This document shows positions 41,541 to 57,299 of a stretch of 64,000 nucleotides of DNA, in pieces. Origin of the DNA: the human T2T-CHM13v2.0 reference genome, Homo sapiens; assembly GCF_009914755.1 (NCBI RefSeq), contig NC_060933.1; one strand, given 5' to 3'. The notes below the pieces were generated by a model that was not told where the DNA came from, searched no databases, and saw only the letters and a list, made by a program, of their open reading frames with translations. A program made the position numbers and the translations under genes. Position 1 is the stretch's first letter. Every line of letters begins with the position of its first letter.

Positions 41541-44500
41541 GAAAAGAATAAACCCGAGTGCAGGGGAATGGAATGGAATGGAATGCAAAGGAATGGAATC
41601 TTCCGGAATGGAATGGAATGGAATGGAATGGAATGGAATGGAATGCAATGGATTCAACTCGATTGCAATGGAATGGAATAGAATGGAATGGAGTGGAATG
41701 GAATGGAATTAACCCGAATAGAATGGAATGGAACGGAATGGAACGGAACGGGACGGAACGGAATGGAACGGAACGGAACGGAATGGAATGGAATGGAATG
41801 GAATGGAATGGAATGGAATTGTATGGAATGGAATGGAATGGTACGGAATAGAATGGAATGGAAAGAATTGGAATGGAATGGAAACGAATGGAATGGAATG
41901 GAATGGAATGGAATCAACCCGAGTGTAGGGGAATGTAATGGAAAGCAATGCAATGGAATGGCATCATCCGGAATGGAATGGAAGGGATTGGAATGGAATG
42001 GAATGGAATGGAATGGAATGGAATGGAATCAACCCGAGTGCAATGGAATGGAGTGGAATGGAATGGAATGGAATGGAACAACCCGAATGGAATGGAATGT
42101 AATGGAGAGTAAGGGAGTTGAATAGAAACAATCCGAATGTAACGGAATGGAACGGAATGGAATGGAATGGAATGGAATGGAATGGAATGCAATGAAATGG
42201 AATCAACCCGAGTACAATGGAATGGAATGGAATGGAATGGAATGGAATGGAAAGAATGGAATGGAATCAACCCGAGTGCAATGGAATGGAGAGGAATGGA
42301 ATGGAATGGAAACTACCCGAATGGAATGGAATGTAATGGAGTGTAAGGGAATTGAATACAATCAATCCGAATGGAATGGAATGGAATGGAACGGAATGCA
42401 ATGGAATGGAATGGAATGGAATCAACCCGAGTGCAGGGGAATGGAATGGAATGGAATGCAATGGAATGGAATCATCCGGAATGGAATGGAATGGAATGCA
42501 ATGGAATGGAATGGAATGGAATCAACCCGAGTGCAATGGAATGGAGTGAAATGGAATGGAATGGAATGGAAACAACCAGAATGGATTGGAATATAATGGA
42601 GAGTAAGGGAATTGAATAGAATCAATCTGAATGTAATGAAATGGAATGGAACGGAATGGAATGCAATGGAATGGAATGGAATGGAATGGAATGGAATGCA
42701 ATGGAATGGAATCAACCCGAGTACAGGGGAATGGAATGGAATGGAATGCAATGGAATGGAATCATCCGTAATGGAATGGAAAGGAATGGAATGGAATGGA
42801 ATGGAATGGAATGGAATGGAATGGAATGGAATGGAATCAACTCGATTGCAATCGAATGGAATGGAATGGAATTAACCCGAATAGAATGGAATGGAATGGA
42901 ATGGAACGGAACGGAACGGAACGGAATGGAATGGAATGGAATGGAATGGAACGGAAAGGAATGGAATGGAACGGAATGGAATGGAATGCAATGGAACGGA
43001 ACGGAATGGAATGGAATGGAATTGAATGGAATGGAATGGAATCAACCCAACTGCAGGGGAATGGAATGGAATGGAATGCAATGGAATGGAATCATGCGGA
43101 ACGGAATGCAATGGAATGGAATGGAATCAACACGAGTGCAATGGAATGGAGTGGAATGGAATGGAATGGAATGGAATGGAATGGAACTACCCGAATGGAA
43201 TGTAATGTAATGGAGAGTAAGGGAGTTGAATAGAATCAATCCGAATGTAATGGAAAGAAATGGAAAGGAATGGAATGGAATGGAATGGAATGCAACGGAA
43301 TGGAATCAAACCGAGTACAATGGATTGGAATGGAATGGAAGGGACTGGAATGGAATGGAATCAACACGAGTGCAATGGAATGGAGTGGAATGGAATGGAA
43401 TGGAATGGAACAACGCGAATGGAATGGAATGTAATGGAGAGTAAGGGAGTTGAATAAAAACAATCCGAATGTAATGGAATGGAACGGAATGGAATGGAAT
43501 GGAATGGAATGGAATGGAATGGAATGGAATGGAATGCAGTGGAAGAGAATCAACCCGAGTACAATGGAATGGAATGGAATGGAATGGAATGGAATGGAAT
43601 GGAATGGAAAGAATGGAATGGAATCAACCCGAGTGCAATGGAATGGAGAGGAATGGAATGGAATGGAATGGAAACTACCCGAATGGAATGGAATGTAATG
43701 GAGTGTAAGGGAATTGAATAGAATCAATCCAAATGGAATGGAATGTAATGGAACGGAATGTAAAGAATGGAATGGAATGGAATTAACGCGAGTGCAGGGG
43801 AATGGAATGGAATGGAATGCAACGGAAGGGAATCATCCGGAATGGAATGGAATGGAATGCAATGGAATGGAATGGAATGGAATCAACCCGAGTACAATGG
43901 AATGGAGTGAAATGGAATGGAATGGAATGGAAACAACCAGAATGGATTGGAATATAATGGAGTGTAAGTGAATTGAATAGAATCAATCTGAATGTAATGA
44001 AATGGAATGGAACGGAATGGAATGGAATGGAATGGAATGGAATGGAATGGAATGCAATGGAATGGAATCAACCCGAGTGCAATCGAATGGAATCGAATGG
44101 AATGGAATGCAATGTAATGGATTCAACTTGAATGGAATGGAAAGAATGGAATCAACACGAGTGGAATGGCATGGATTGGAATGGAATGGAATGGAATCAA
44201 CCCGAGTACAGGGGAATGGAATGGAATGGAATGCAATGGAATGGAATCATCCGTAATGGAATGGAAAGGAATGGAATGGAAAGGAATGGAATGGAATGGA
44301 ATGGAATGGAATCAACTCGATTGCAATCGAATGGAATGGAATGGAATTAACCCGAATAGAATGGAATGGAATGGAATGGAACGGAACGGAACGGAACGGA
44401 ACGGAACGGAATGGAATGGAATGGAATGGAATGGAATCAACCCGACTGCAGGGGAATGGAATGGAATGGAATGCAAAGGAATGGATTCAACTTGAATGGA

Positions 44501-44679
44501 ATGGAAAGAATGGAATCAACACGAGTGGAATGGCATGGATTCGAATGGAATGGAATGGAATCAACCCGAGTACAGGGGAATGGAATGGAATGGAATGCAA
44601 TGGAATGGAATCATCCGTAATGGAATGGAAAGGAATGGAATGGAATGGAATGGAATGGAATGGAATGGAATGGAATCAA

Positions 44680-47600
44680 GTCGGTTCCAATCGAATGGAA
44701 TGGAATGGAAATAACCCGAATAGAATGGAATGGAATGGAAAGGAACGGAACGGAACAGAACGGAAAGGAATGGAATGGAATGGAATGGAATGGAATGGAA
44801 TGGAATGCAATGGAATGGAATGGAATGGAATGGAATGAAATGCAATGGATTCAACTCGATTGAAATGGAATGGAATAGAATGGAATGGAATGGAATGGAA
44901 TGGAATGGAATTAACCCGAATAGAATGGAATGGAATGTAATGGAATGGAACGGAATGGAACGGAATGGAATGGAATGGAATGGTATGGAATGGAATGGAA
45001 TGGTACGGAATAGAATGGAATGGAAGGAATTGTAATGGAATGGAATTGAATGGAATGGAATGGAATGGAATGGAATCAACGCGAGTGCATGGCAATGTAA
45101 TGGAACGGAATGCAATGGAATGGAAACATTCGGAATGGAATGGAATGGAATGGAATGGAATGGAATGGAATCAACCCGAGTGCAATGGAATGGAGTGGAA
45201 TGGAATGGAATGCAATGGAACAACCCGAATGCAATGGAATGTAATGGAGAGTAAGGGAGTTGAAAAGAATCAATCCGAAAGTAATGGAATGGAATGGAAC
45301 GGAATGGAATGGAATGGAATGGAATGGAATGGAATGGAATGGAATGGAATGGAATCAACCCGAGTGCAATGGAATGGAGAGGAATGGAATGGAATGGAAT
45401 GGAAACTACCCGAATGGAATGGAATGTAATGGAGTGTAAGGGAATTGAATAGAATCAATCCGAATGTAATGGAATGGAATGGAACGGAATGGAATGGAAT
45501 GGAATGGAATGGAATGGAATGTAATGCAATGGAATGGAATAAACCCGAGTGCAATGGAATGGAGAGGAATGGAATGGAATGCAATGGAATGGATTCAACT
45601 TGAATGGAATGGAAAGAATGGAATCAACACGAGTGGAATCGCATGGAATGGAATGGAATGGAATGGAATCAACCCGAGTACAGGGGAATGGAATGGAATG
45701 GAATGCAATGGAATGGAATCATCCGTAATGGAATGGAAAGGAATGGAATGGAATGGAATGGAATGGAATGGAATGGAATGGAATCAACTCGGTTCCAATC
45801 GAATGGAATGGAATGGAAATAACCCGAATAGAACGGAATGGAATGGAATGGCACGGAACGGAACGGAACGGAATGGAATGGAATGGAATGGAATGGAATG
45901 GAACGGAAAGGAATGGAATGGAATGGAATGGAATGGAATGGAATGGAATGGAATGCAATGGAATGGAATGGAATGGAATGGAATGAAATGCAATGGATTC
46001 AACTCGATTGAAATGGAATGGAATAGAATGGAATGGAATGGAACGGAATGGAATTAACCCGAATAGAATGGAATGGAATGGAATGAAATGGAACGGAATG
46101 GAACGGAATGGAATGGAATGGAATGGAATGGAATGGTATGGAATGGAATGGAATGGTACGGAATAGAATGGAATGGAAGGAATTGTAATGGAATGGAATT
46201 GAATGGAATGGAATGGAATGGAATGGAATCAACGCGAGTGCATGGCAATGTAATGGAACGGAATGCAATGGAATGGAAACATCCGGAATGGAATGGAATG
46301 GAATGGAATGGAATGGAATGGAATGGAATCAACCCGAGTGCAATGGAATGGAGTGGAATGGAATGGAATGCAATGGAACAACCCGAATGGAATGGAATGT
46401 AATGGAGAGTAAGGGAGTTGAATAGAATCAATCCGAATGTAATGGAATGGAATGCAACGGAATGGAATGGAATGGAATGCAATGGAATGGAATCAACCCG
46501 AGTACAATGGAATGGAATGGAATGGAATGGAATGGAATGGAATGGAATGGAATTGAATGGAATGGAATGCCTTCATACCGAATGGAATGGAAAGGAATGG
46601 AATCAACACGAGTGGAATGGAATGGAATGGAATGGAATGGAATGGAATGCAATGGAATGGTACGGAATAGAATGGAATGGAACGAAATGGAATGGAATGG
46701 AATGGAATAGAACGGAATGCAATTGAATGGAATGGAATGGAATGGAATCGTTCCGAGTGGAATAGGAGGGAATGTATTCGAGTGGAATGGAAAGGAATGG
46801 AATCAACCAAATTGGAATGGAAGGGAATGGAAAGGAATGGAAACTAATAGAATGGAATCAACCTGAGTGGAATGGAATGCAAAGGACTGGAATGGAATTG
46901 CATGGAATGGAATGGAATCAACTCGATTGTAATGGATTGGAATGGAATGGAATGGAATGGAATGGAATGGAATGGAATTAACCGGAATACAATGGAATGG
47001 AATGGAATGGAATGGAACGGAATGGAGTGGAATGGAATGGAATCAACCCGAGTGCAGGGGAATGGAATGTAATGGAATGCAATGGAATGGAATCATCCGG
47101 AATGGAATGGAATGGAATGGAATGCAAAGCAATGGAATGAACTCGATTGAAATGGAATGGAATGGAATGGAAAGGAATACAATGCAATCAACCCGAGTGG
47201 AATGGAATGGAATGGAATGGAATCAACTCGATCGGAATGGAATGGAATGGAATGGAATGGAATGGAATGGAATGGAATGGAATTAACTCGAATAGAATGG
47301 AATGGAATGGAACGGAACGGAACGGAACGGAATGGAATGGAATGGAATGGAATGGAATTAACCCGAGTAGAGGGGAATGGAATGGAATGGAATGCAATGG
47401 AATGGAATCATCCGTAATGGAATGGAAATGAATGGAATGGAATGGAATGGAATGGAATGGAATGGAATGGAATCAACCCGAATAGAATGGAATGGAATGG
47501 AATGGAACGGAACGGAACGGAATGCAATGGAATGGAATGGAATGGAACGGAAAGGAATGGAATGGAATGGAATGGAATGGAATGGAATGGAATGGAATGC

Positions 47601-50600
47601 AATGGAATGGAATGGAATGGAATGAAATGCAATGGATTCAACTCGATTGAAATGGAATGGAATAGAATGGAATGGAATGGAATGGAATGGAATTAACCCG
47701 AATAGAATGGAATGGAATGGAATGAAATGGAACGGAATGGAATGGAATGGAATGGAATGGAATGGAATGGAATGGAATGGAATGGAATGGAATGGTATGG
47801 AATGGAATGGAATGGTACGGAATAGAATGGAATGGAACGAATTGTAATGGAATGGAATTGAATGGAATGGAATGGAATGGAATGGAATCAACGCGAGTGC
47901 ATGGCAATGTAATGGAACGGAATGCAATGGAATGGAAACATCCGGAATGGAATGGAATGGAATGGAATCAACCAGAGTGCAATGGAATGGAGTGGAATGG
48001 AATGGAATGTAATGGAGAGTAAGGGAGTTGAATAGAATCAATCCGAATGTAATGGAATGGAATGCAACGGAATGGAATGGAATGGAATGCAATGGAATGG
48101 AATCAACCCGAGTACAATGGAATGGAATGGAATGTAATGGAATGGAATGTAATGTAATGGAATGGAATGGAATGGAATGGAATGCAATGCCTTCATACCG
48201 AGTGGAATGGAAAGGAATGGAATCAACACGAGTGGAATGGAATGGAATGGAATGGAATGGAATGCAATGGAATGGTACGGAATAGAATGGAATGGAACGA
48301 AATGGAATGGAATGGAATGGAATAGAACGGAATGGAATTGAATGGAATGGAATGGAATGGAATCGTTCCGAGTGGAATAGGAGGGAATGTATTCGAGTGG
48401 AATGGAAAGGAATGGAATCAACCAGAGTGGAATGGAAGGGAATGGAAAGGAATGGAAACTAATAGAATAGAATCAACCTGAGTGGAATGGAATGCAAAGG
48501 ACTGGAATGGAATTGCATGGAATGGAATGGAATCAACTCGATTGTAATGGATTGGAATGGAATGGAATGGAATGGAATGGAATGGAATGGAATTAACCGG
48601 AATACAATGGAATGGAATGGAATGGAATGGAACGGAAAGGAGTGGAATGGAATGGAATGGAATGGAATGGAATGGAATGGAATGGAATCAACGCGAGTGC
48701 AGGGGAATGGAATGGAATCGAATGGAATGGAATGGAATGGAATGGAATCAACCCGAGGGCAGGGGAATATAATGGAACGGAATGCAATGGAATGGAATCA
48801 TCCGGAATGGAATGGAATGGAATGGAATGGAATCAACCCGAGTGCAATGGAATGGAGTGGAATGGAATGGAATGGAATGGAACAACCCGAATGGAATGGA
48901 ATGTAATGGAGAGTAAGGGAGTTGAAAAGAATCAATCCGAAAGTAATGGAATGGAATGGAACGGAATGGAATGGAATGGAATGGAATGGAATCAACCCGA
49001 GTGCAATGGAATGGAGAGGAATGGAATGGAATGGAATGGAAACTACCGAATGGAATGGAATGTAATGGAGTGTAAGGGAATTGAATAGAATCAATCCGAA
49101 TGTAATGGAATGGAATGGAACGGAATGGAATGGAATGGAATGGAATGGAATGGAATGGAATGGAATGCAATGGAATGGAATAAACCCGAGTGCAATGGAA
49201 TGGAATCGAATGCAATGGAATGCAATGGAATGGATTCAACTTGAATGGAATGGAAAGAATGGAATCAACACGAGTGGAATCGCATGGAATGGAATGGAAT
49301 GGAATCAACCCGAGTACAGGGGAATGGAATGGAATGGAATGCAATGGAATGGAATCATCCGTAATGGAATGGAAAGGAATGGAATGGAATGGAATGGAAT
49401 GGAATGGAATGGAATGGAATGGAATCAACTCGGTTCCAATCGAATGGAATGGAATGGAAATAACCCGAATAGAATGGAATGGAATGGAATGGCACGGAAC
49501 GGAACGGAACGGAATGGAATGGAATGGAATGGAATGGAATGGAATGGAATGGAACGGAAAGGAATGGAATGGAATGGAATGGAATGGAATGGAATGGAAT
49601 GGAATGGAATGCAATGGAATGGAATGGAATGGAATGGAATGAAATGCAATGGATTCAACTCGATTGAAATGGAATGGAATAGAATGGAATGGAATGGAAC
49701 GGAATGGAATTAACCCGAATAGAATGGAATGGAATGGAATGAAATGGAACGGAATGGAACGGAATGGAATGGAATGGAATGGAATGGAATGGTATGGAAT
49801 GGAAGGAATGGTACGGAATAGAATGGAATGGAAGGAATTGTAATGGAATGGAATTGAATGGAATGGAATGGAATGGAATGGAATCAACGCGAGTGCATGG
49901 CAATGTAATGGAACGGAATGCAATGGAATGGAAACATCCGGAATGGAATGGAATGGAATGGAATGGAATGGAATCAACCCGAGTGCAATGGAATGGAGTG
50001 GAATGGAATGGAATGCAATGGAACAACCCGAATGGAATGGAATGTAATGGAGAGTAAGGGAGTTGAATAGAATCAATCCGAATGTAATGGAATGGAATGC
50101 AACGGAATGGAATGGAATGGAATGCAATGGAATGGAATCAACCCGAGTACAATGGAATGGAATGGAATGGAATGGAATGGAATGGAATGGAATGGAATGG
50201 AATTGAATGGAATGGAATGGAATGGAATGGAATGGAATGGAATTGAATGGAATGGAATGCCTTCATACCGAATGGAATGGAAAGGAATGGAATCAACACG
50301 AGTGGAATGGAATGGAATGGAATGGAATGGAATGGAATGCAATGGAATGGTACGGAATAGAATGGAATGGAACGAAATGGAATGGAATGGAATGGAATAG
50401 AACGGAATGCAATTGAATGGAATGGAATGGAATGGAATCGTTCCGAATGGAATAGGAGGGAATGTATTCGAGTGGAATGGAAAGCAATGGAATCAACCAG
50501 AGTGGAATGGAAGGGAATGGAAAGGAATGGAAACTAATAGAATGGAATCAACCTGAGTGGAATGGAATGCAAAGGACTGGAATGGAATTGCATGGAATGG

Positions 50601-53600
50601 AATGGAATCAACTCGATTGTAATGGATTGGAATGGAATGGAATGGAATGGAATGGAATGGAATTAACCGGAATACAATGGAATGGAATGGAATGGAACGG
50701 AATGGAGTGGAATGGAATGGAATCAACCCGAGTGCAGGGGAATGGAATGTAATGGAATGCAATGGAATGGAATCATCCGGAATGGAATGGAATGGAATGG
50801 AATGCAAAGCAATGCAATGAACTCGATTGAAATGGAATGGAATGGAATGGAAAGGAATAAAATGCAATCAACCCGAGTGGAATGGAATGGAAAGGACTGG
50901 AATGGAGTGGAGTGGAATGGAATGGAATGGAATGGAATCAACTCGATCGGAATGGAATGGAATGGAATGGAATGGAATGGAATGGAATTAACTCGAATAG
51001 AATGGAATGGAATGGAACGGAACGGAACGGAACGGAATGGAATGGAATGGAATGGAATGGAATGGAATTAACCCGAGTAGAGGGGAATGGAATGGAATGG
51101 AATGCAATGGAATGGAATCATCCGTAATGGAATGGAAATGAATGGAATGGAATGGAATGGAATGGAATGGAATGGAATCAACCCGAATAGAATGGAATGG
51201 AATGGAATGGAACGGAACGGAACGGAATGCAATGGAATGGAATGGAATGGAACGGAAAGGAGTGGAATGGAATGGAATGGAATGGAATGGAATGGAATGG
51301 AATGGAATCAACTCGATTGCAATCGAATGGAATGGAATGGAATTAACCCGAATAGAATGGAATGGAATGGAATGGAACGGAACGGAACGTAATGCAATGG
51401 AATGGAATGGAATGGAACGGAAAGGAGTGGAATGGAATGGAATGGAATGGAATGGAATGGAATGGAATGGAATGGAATGGAATCAACGCGAGTGCAGGGG
51501 AATGGAATGGAATCGAATGGAATGGAATGGAATGGAATGGAATCAACCCGAGTGCAGGGGAATGTAATGGAACGGAATGCAATGGAATGGAATCATCCGG
51601 AATGGAATGGAATGGAATGGAATCAACCCGACTGCAATGGAATGGAGTGGAATGGAATGGAATGGAATGGAACAACCCGAATGGAATGGAATGTAATGGA
51701 GAGTAAGGGAGTTGAAAAGAATCAATCCGAAAGTAATGGAATGGAATGGAACGGAATGGAATGGAATGGAATGGAATGGAATGGAATGGAATGGAATGGA
51801 ATGGAATGGAATCAACCCGAGTGCAATGGAATGGAGAGTAATGGAATGGAATGGAATGGAAACTACCCGAATGGAATGGAATGTAATGGAGTGTAAGGGA
51901 ATTGAATAGAATCAATCCGAATGTAATGGAATGGAATGGAACGGAATGGAATGGAATGGAATGGAATGGAATGGAATGGAATGCAATGGAATGGAATAAA
52001 CCCGAGTGCAATGGAATGGAATCGAATGGAATGGAATGCAATGGAATGGATTCAACTTGAATGGAATGGAAAGAATGGAATCAACACGAGTGAAATCGCA
52101 TGGAATGGAATGGAATGGAATGGAATCAACCCGAGTACAGGGGAATGGAATGGAATGGAATGCAATGGAATGGAATCATCCGTAATGGAATGGAAAGGAA
52201 TGGAATGGAATGGAATGGAATGGAATGGAATGGAAACAACTCGGGTCCAATCGAATGGAATGGAATGGAAATAACCCGAATAGAATGGAATGGAATGGAA
52301 TGGAACGGAACGGAACGGAACGGAATGGAATGGAATGGAATGGAATGGAATGGAATGGAATGGAATGGAATGCAATGGAATGGAATGGAATGGAATGGAA
52401 TGATATGCAATGGATTCAACTGGATTGAAATGGAATGGAATAGAATGGAATGGAATGGAATGGAATGGAATTAATCCGAATAGAATGGAATGGAATGGAA
52501 TGAAATGGAACGGAATGGAACGGAATGGAATGGAATGGAATGGAATGGAATGGTATGGAATGGAATGGAATGGTACGGAATAGAATGGAATGGAAGGAAT
52601 TGTAATGGAATGGAATTGAATGGAATGGAATGGAATGGAATGGAATCAACGCGAGTGCATGGCAATGTAATGGAACGGAATGCAATGGAATGGAAACATC
52701 CGGAATGGAATGGAATGGAATGGAATCAACCCGAGTGCAATGGAATGGAGTGGAATGGAATGGAATGCAATGGAACAACCCGAATGGAATGGAATGTAAT
52801 GGAGAGTAAGGGAGTTGAATAGAATCAATCCGAATGTAATTGAATGGAATGCAACGGAATGGAATGGAATGGAATGCAATGGAATGGAATCAACCCGAGT
52901 ACAATGGAATGGAATGGAATGTAATGGAATGGAATGGAATGGAATGGAATGGAATGGAATGGAATGGAATGCCTTCATACCGAATGGAATGGAAAGGAAT
53001 GGAATCAACACGAGTGGAATGGAATGGAATGGAATGGAATGGAATGCAATGGAATGGTACGGAATAGAATGGAATGGAACGAAATGGAATGGAATGGAAT
53101 GGAATAGAACGGAATGGAATTGAATGGAATGGAATGCAATGGAATCGTTCCGAGTGGAATACGAGGGAATGTATTCGAGTGGAATGGAAAGGAATGGAAT
53201 CAACCAGAGTGGAATGGAAGGGAATGGAAAGGAATGGAAACTAATAGAATGGAATCAACATGAGTGGAATGGAATGCAAAGGACTGGAATGGAATTGCAT
53301 GGAATGGAATGGAATCAACTCGATTGTAATGGATTGGAATGGAATGGAATGGAATGGAATGGAATGGAATGGAATTAACCGGAATACAATGGAATGGAAT
53401 GGAATGGAATGGAACGGAATGGAGTGGAATGGAATGGAATCAACCCGAGTGCAGGGGAATGGAATGTAATGGAATGCAATGGAATGGAATCATCCGGAAT
53501 GGAATGGAATGGAATGGAATGCAAAGCAATGGAATGAACTCGATTGAAATGGAATGGAATGGAATGGAAAGGAATACAATGCAATCAACCCGAGTGGAAT

Positions 53601-55560
53601 GAAATGGAAAGGACTGGAATGGAGTGGAGTGGAATGGAATGGAATGGAATGGAATCACCTCGATCGGAATGGAATGGAATGGAATGGAATGGAATTAACT
53701 CGAATAGAATGGAATGGAATGGAACGGAACGGAACGGAACGGAATGGAATGGAATGGAATGGAATGGAATGGAATTAACCCGAGTACAGGGGAATGGAAT
53801 GGAATGGAATGCAATGGAATGGAATCATCCGTAATGGAATGGAAATGAATGGAATGGAATGGAATGGAATGGAATGGAATAGAATGGAATGGAATCAACT
53901 CGGTTCCAATCGAATGGAATGGAATGGAAATAACCAGAATAGAATGGAATGGAATGGAATGGAACGGAACGAAACGGAACGGAACGGAATGGAATGGAAT
54001 GGAATGGAATGGAACGGAAAGGAATGGAATGGAATGGAATGGAATGGAATGGAATGGAATGGAATGGAATGCAATGGAATGGAATGGAATGGAATGAAAT
54101 GCAATGGATTCAACTCGACTGAAATGGAATGGAATAGAATGGAATGGAATGGAATGGAATGGAATTAACCCGAATAGAATGGAATGGAATGGAATGGAAT
54201 GGAAAGGAATGGAACGGAATGGAATGGAATGGAATGGAATGGAATGGTATGGAATGGAATGGAATGGTACGGAATAGAATGGAATGGAAGGAATTGTAAT
54301 GGAATGGAATTGAATGGAATGGAATGGAATGGAATGGAATCAACGCGAGTGCACGGCAATGTAATGGAACGGAATGCAATGGAATGGAAATATCCGGAAT
54401 GGAATGGAATGGAATGGAATGGAATGGAATGGAATCAACCCGAGTGCAATGGAATGGAGTGGAATGGAATGGAATGCAATGGAACAACCCGAATGGAATG
54501 GAATGTAATGGAGAGTAAGGGAGTTGAATAGAATCAATCCGAATGTAATGGAATGGAATGCAACGGAATGGAATGGAATGGAATGCAATGGAATGGAATC
54601 AACCCGAGTACAATGGAATGGAATGGAATGGAATGGAATGGAATGGAATGGAATGGAATGGAATGGAATTGAATGCCTTCATACCGAATGGAATGGAAAG
54701 GAATGGAATCAACACGAGTGGAATGGAATGGAATGGAATGGAATGGAATGGAATGCAATGGAATGGTACGGAATAGAATGGAATGGAACGAAATGGAATG
54801 GAATGGAATGGAATAGAACGGAATGGAATTGAATGGAATGGAATGGAATGGAATCGTTCCGAGTGGAATAGGAGGGAATGTATTCGAGTGGAATGGAAAG
54901 GAATGGAATCAACCAGAGTGGAATGGAAGGGAATGGAAAGGAATGGAAACTAATAGAATGGAATCAACCTGAGTGGAATGGAATGCAAAGGACTGGAATG
55001 GAATTGCATGGAATGGAATGGAATCAACTCGATTGTAAAGGATTGGAATGGAATGGAATGGAATGGAATGGAATGGAATGGAATTAACCAGAATACAATG
55101 GAATGGAATGGAATGGAACGGAATGGAGTGGAATGGAATGGAATCAACCCGAGTGCAGGGGAATGGAATGTAATGGAATGCAATGGAATGGAATCATCCG
55201 GAATGGAATGGAATGGAATGGAATGCAAAGCAATGGAATGAACTCGATTGAAATGGAATGGAATGGAATGGAAAGGAATACAATGGAATCAACCTGAGTG
55301 GAATGGAATGGAAAGGACTGGAATGGAGTGGAATGGAATGGAATGGAATGGAATCAACTCGATTGGAATGGAATGGAATGGAATGGAATGGAATTAACTC
55401 GAATAGAATGGAATGGAATGGAACGGAACGGAACGGAACGGAATGGAATGGAATGGAATGGAATGGAATTAACCCGAGTACAGGGGAATGGAATGGAATA
55501 GAATGCAATAGAATGGAATCATCCGTAATGGAATGGAAATGAATGGAATGGAATGGAATG
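44680..55560 (+). repeat. HSat3 variant sub-domain (distinct monomer subfamily, ~1.6-1.7 kb base period, with a ~3.65 kb duplication)
   Basis: Variants essentially confined to this block: TCGGTTCCAATCG, GAAATAACCCG, CGATTGAAATGG, GAGTGCATGGCAATG, GCCTTCATACCG, GAATTGCATGG, CTCGATCGG, ATTAACTCG. GAGTGGAATCGCATGG at 45631/49272 gives offset 3641. Confidence 0.8.
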
Positions 55561-57299
55561 GAATGGAATGCAATGGAATTTAATGGAATCAACTCGATTG
55601 CAATGGAATGGAATGGAATGGAATTAACCCGAATAGAATGGAATGGAATGGAATGGAACGGAACGGAACGGAATGCAATGGAATGGAATGGAATGGAACG
55701 GAAAGGAATGGAATGGAATGGAATGGAATGGAATGGAATGGAATGGAATGGAATGGAATGGAATCAACGCGAGTGCAGGGGAATGGAATGGAATGGAATG
55801 GAATGGAATGAACCCGAGTGCAGGGGAATATAATGGAACGGAATGCAATGGAATGGAATCATCCGGAATGGAATGGAATGGAATGGAATGGAATCAACCC
55901 GAGTGCAATTGAATGGAGAGGAATGGAATGGAATGGAATGGAACAACCCGAATGGAATGGAATGTAATGGAGAGTAAGGGAGTTGAAAAGAATCAATGCG
56001 AAAGTAATGGAATGGAATGGAACGGAATGGAATGGAATGGAATGGAATGGAATGGAATGGAATGGAATGGAATCAACTCGATTGCATTCGAATGGAATGG
56101 AATGGAATTAACCCGAATAGAATGGAATGGAATGGAATGGAACGGAATGGAACGGAACGGAATTGAATGGAATGGAATGGAATGGAATGGAACGGAACGG
56201 AATGGAATGGAATGGAATGGAATGGAATGGAATCAACGCGAGTGCAGGGGAATGGAATGGAATGGAATGCAATGGAATGGAATCTTCCGGAATGGAATGG
56301 AATGGAATGGAATGGAATGAAATGCAATGGATTCAACTCGATTGCAATGGAATGGAATAGAATGGAATGGAATGGAATGGAATGGAATGGAATTAATCCG
56401 AATAGAATGGAATGGAATGGAATGGAACGGAATGGAACGGAATGGAATGGAATGGAATGGAATGGAATGGAATGGTATGGAATGGAATGGAATGGAACGG
56501 AATAGTATGGAATGGAACGAATTGGAATGGAATGGAATGGAATGGAATGGAATCAACGCGAGTGCAGGGGAATGTAATGGAAAGGAATGCAATGGAATGG
56601 AATCATGCGGAATGGAATGGAATGGAATGGAATGGAATGGAATCAACCCGAGTGCAATGGAATGGAGTGGAATGGAATGGAATGGAATGGAACCACCCGA
56701 ATAGAATGGAATGTAATGGAAAGTAAGGGAGTTGAATAGAATCAATCCGAATGTAATGGAATGGAATGCAACGGAATGGAATGGAATGGAATGGAATGGA
56801 ATGCAATGGAATTGAATAAACCCGAGTACAATGGAATGGAATGGAATGGAATGGAATGGAATGGAATGGAATGATACGGAATAGAATGGAATGGAACGAA
56901 ATGGAATGGAATGGAATGGAATGGAATCGTTCCGAGTGGAATAGGAGGGAATGTATTCGAGTGGAATGGAAAGGAATGGTATCAACCAGAGTGGAATGGA
57001 AGGGAATGGAATGGAATGGAAACTAATAGAATGGAATCAACCCGAGTGGAATGGAATGGAAAGGACTGGAATGGAATGGAATGGAATGGAATCAACTCGA
57101 TTGTAATGGAATGGAATGGAATGGAATGGAATGGAATGGAATGGAATTAACCCGAATAAAATGGAATGGAATGGAATGGAACGGAATGGACTGGAATGGA
57201 ATGGAATCAACCCGAGTGCAGGGGAATGGAATGGAATGGAATGCAATGGAATGGAATCATCCGGAATGGAATGGAATGGAATGGAATGCAAAGCAATGG

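Noticed and set aside
45260-51250. ~3.6 kb period suggesting Y-chromosome DYZ1
   Set aside because: It is a local, incomplete duplication rather than a regular array-wide 3.56 kb unit, and the CAACCCGAGT-rich vocabulary points to a different HSat3 subfamily.
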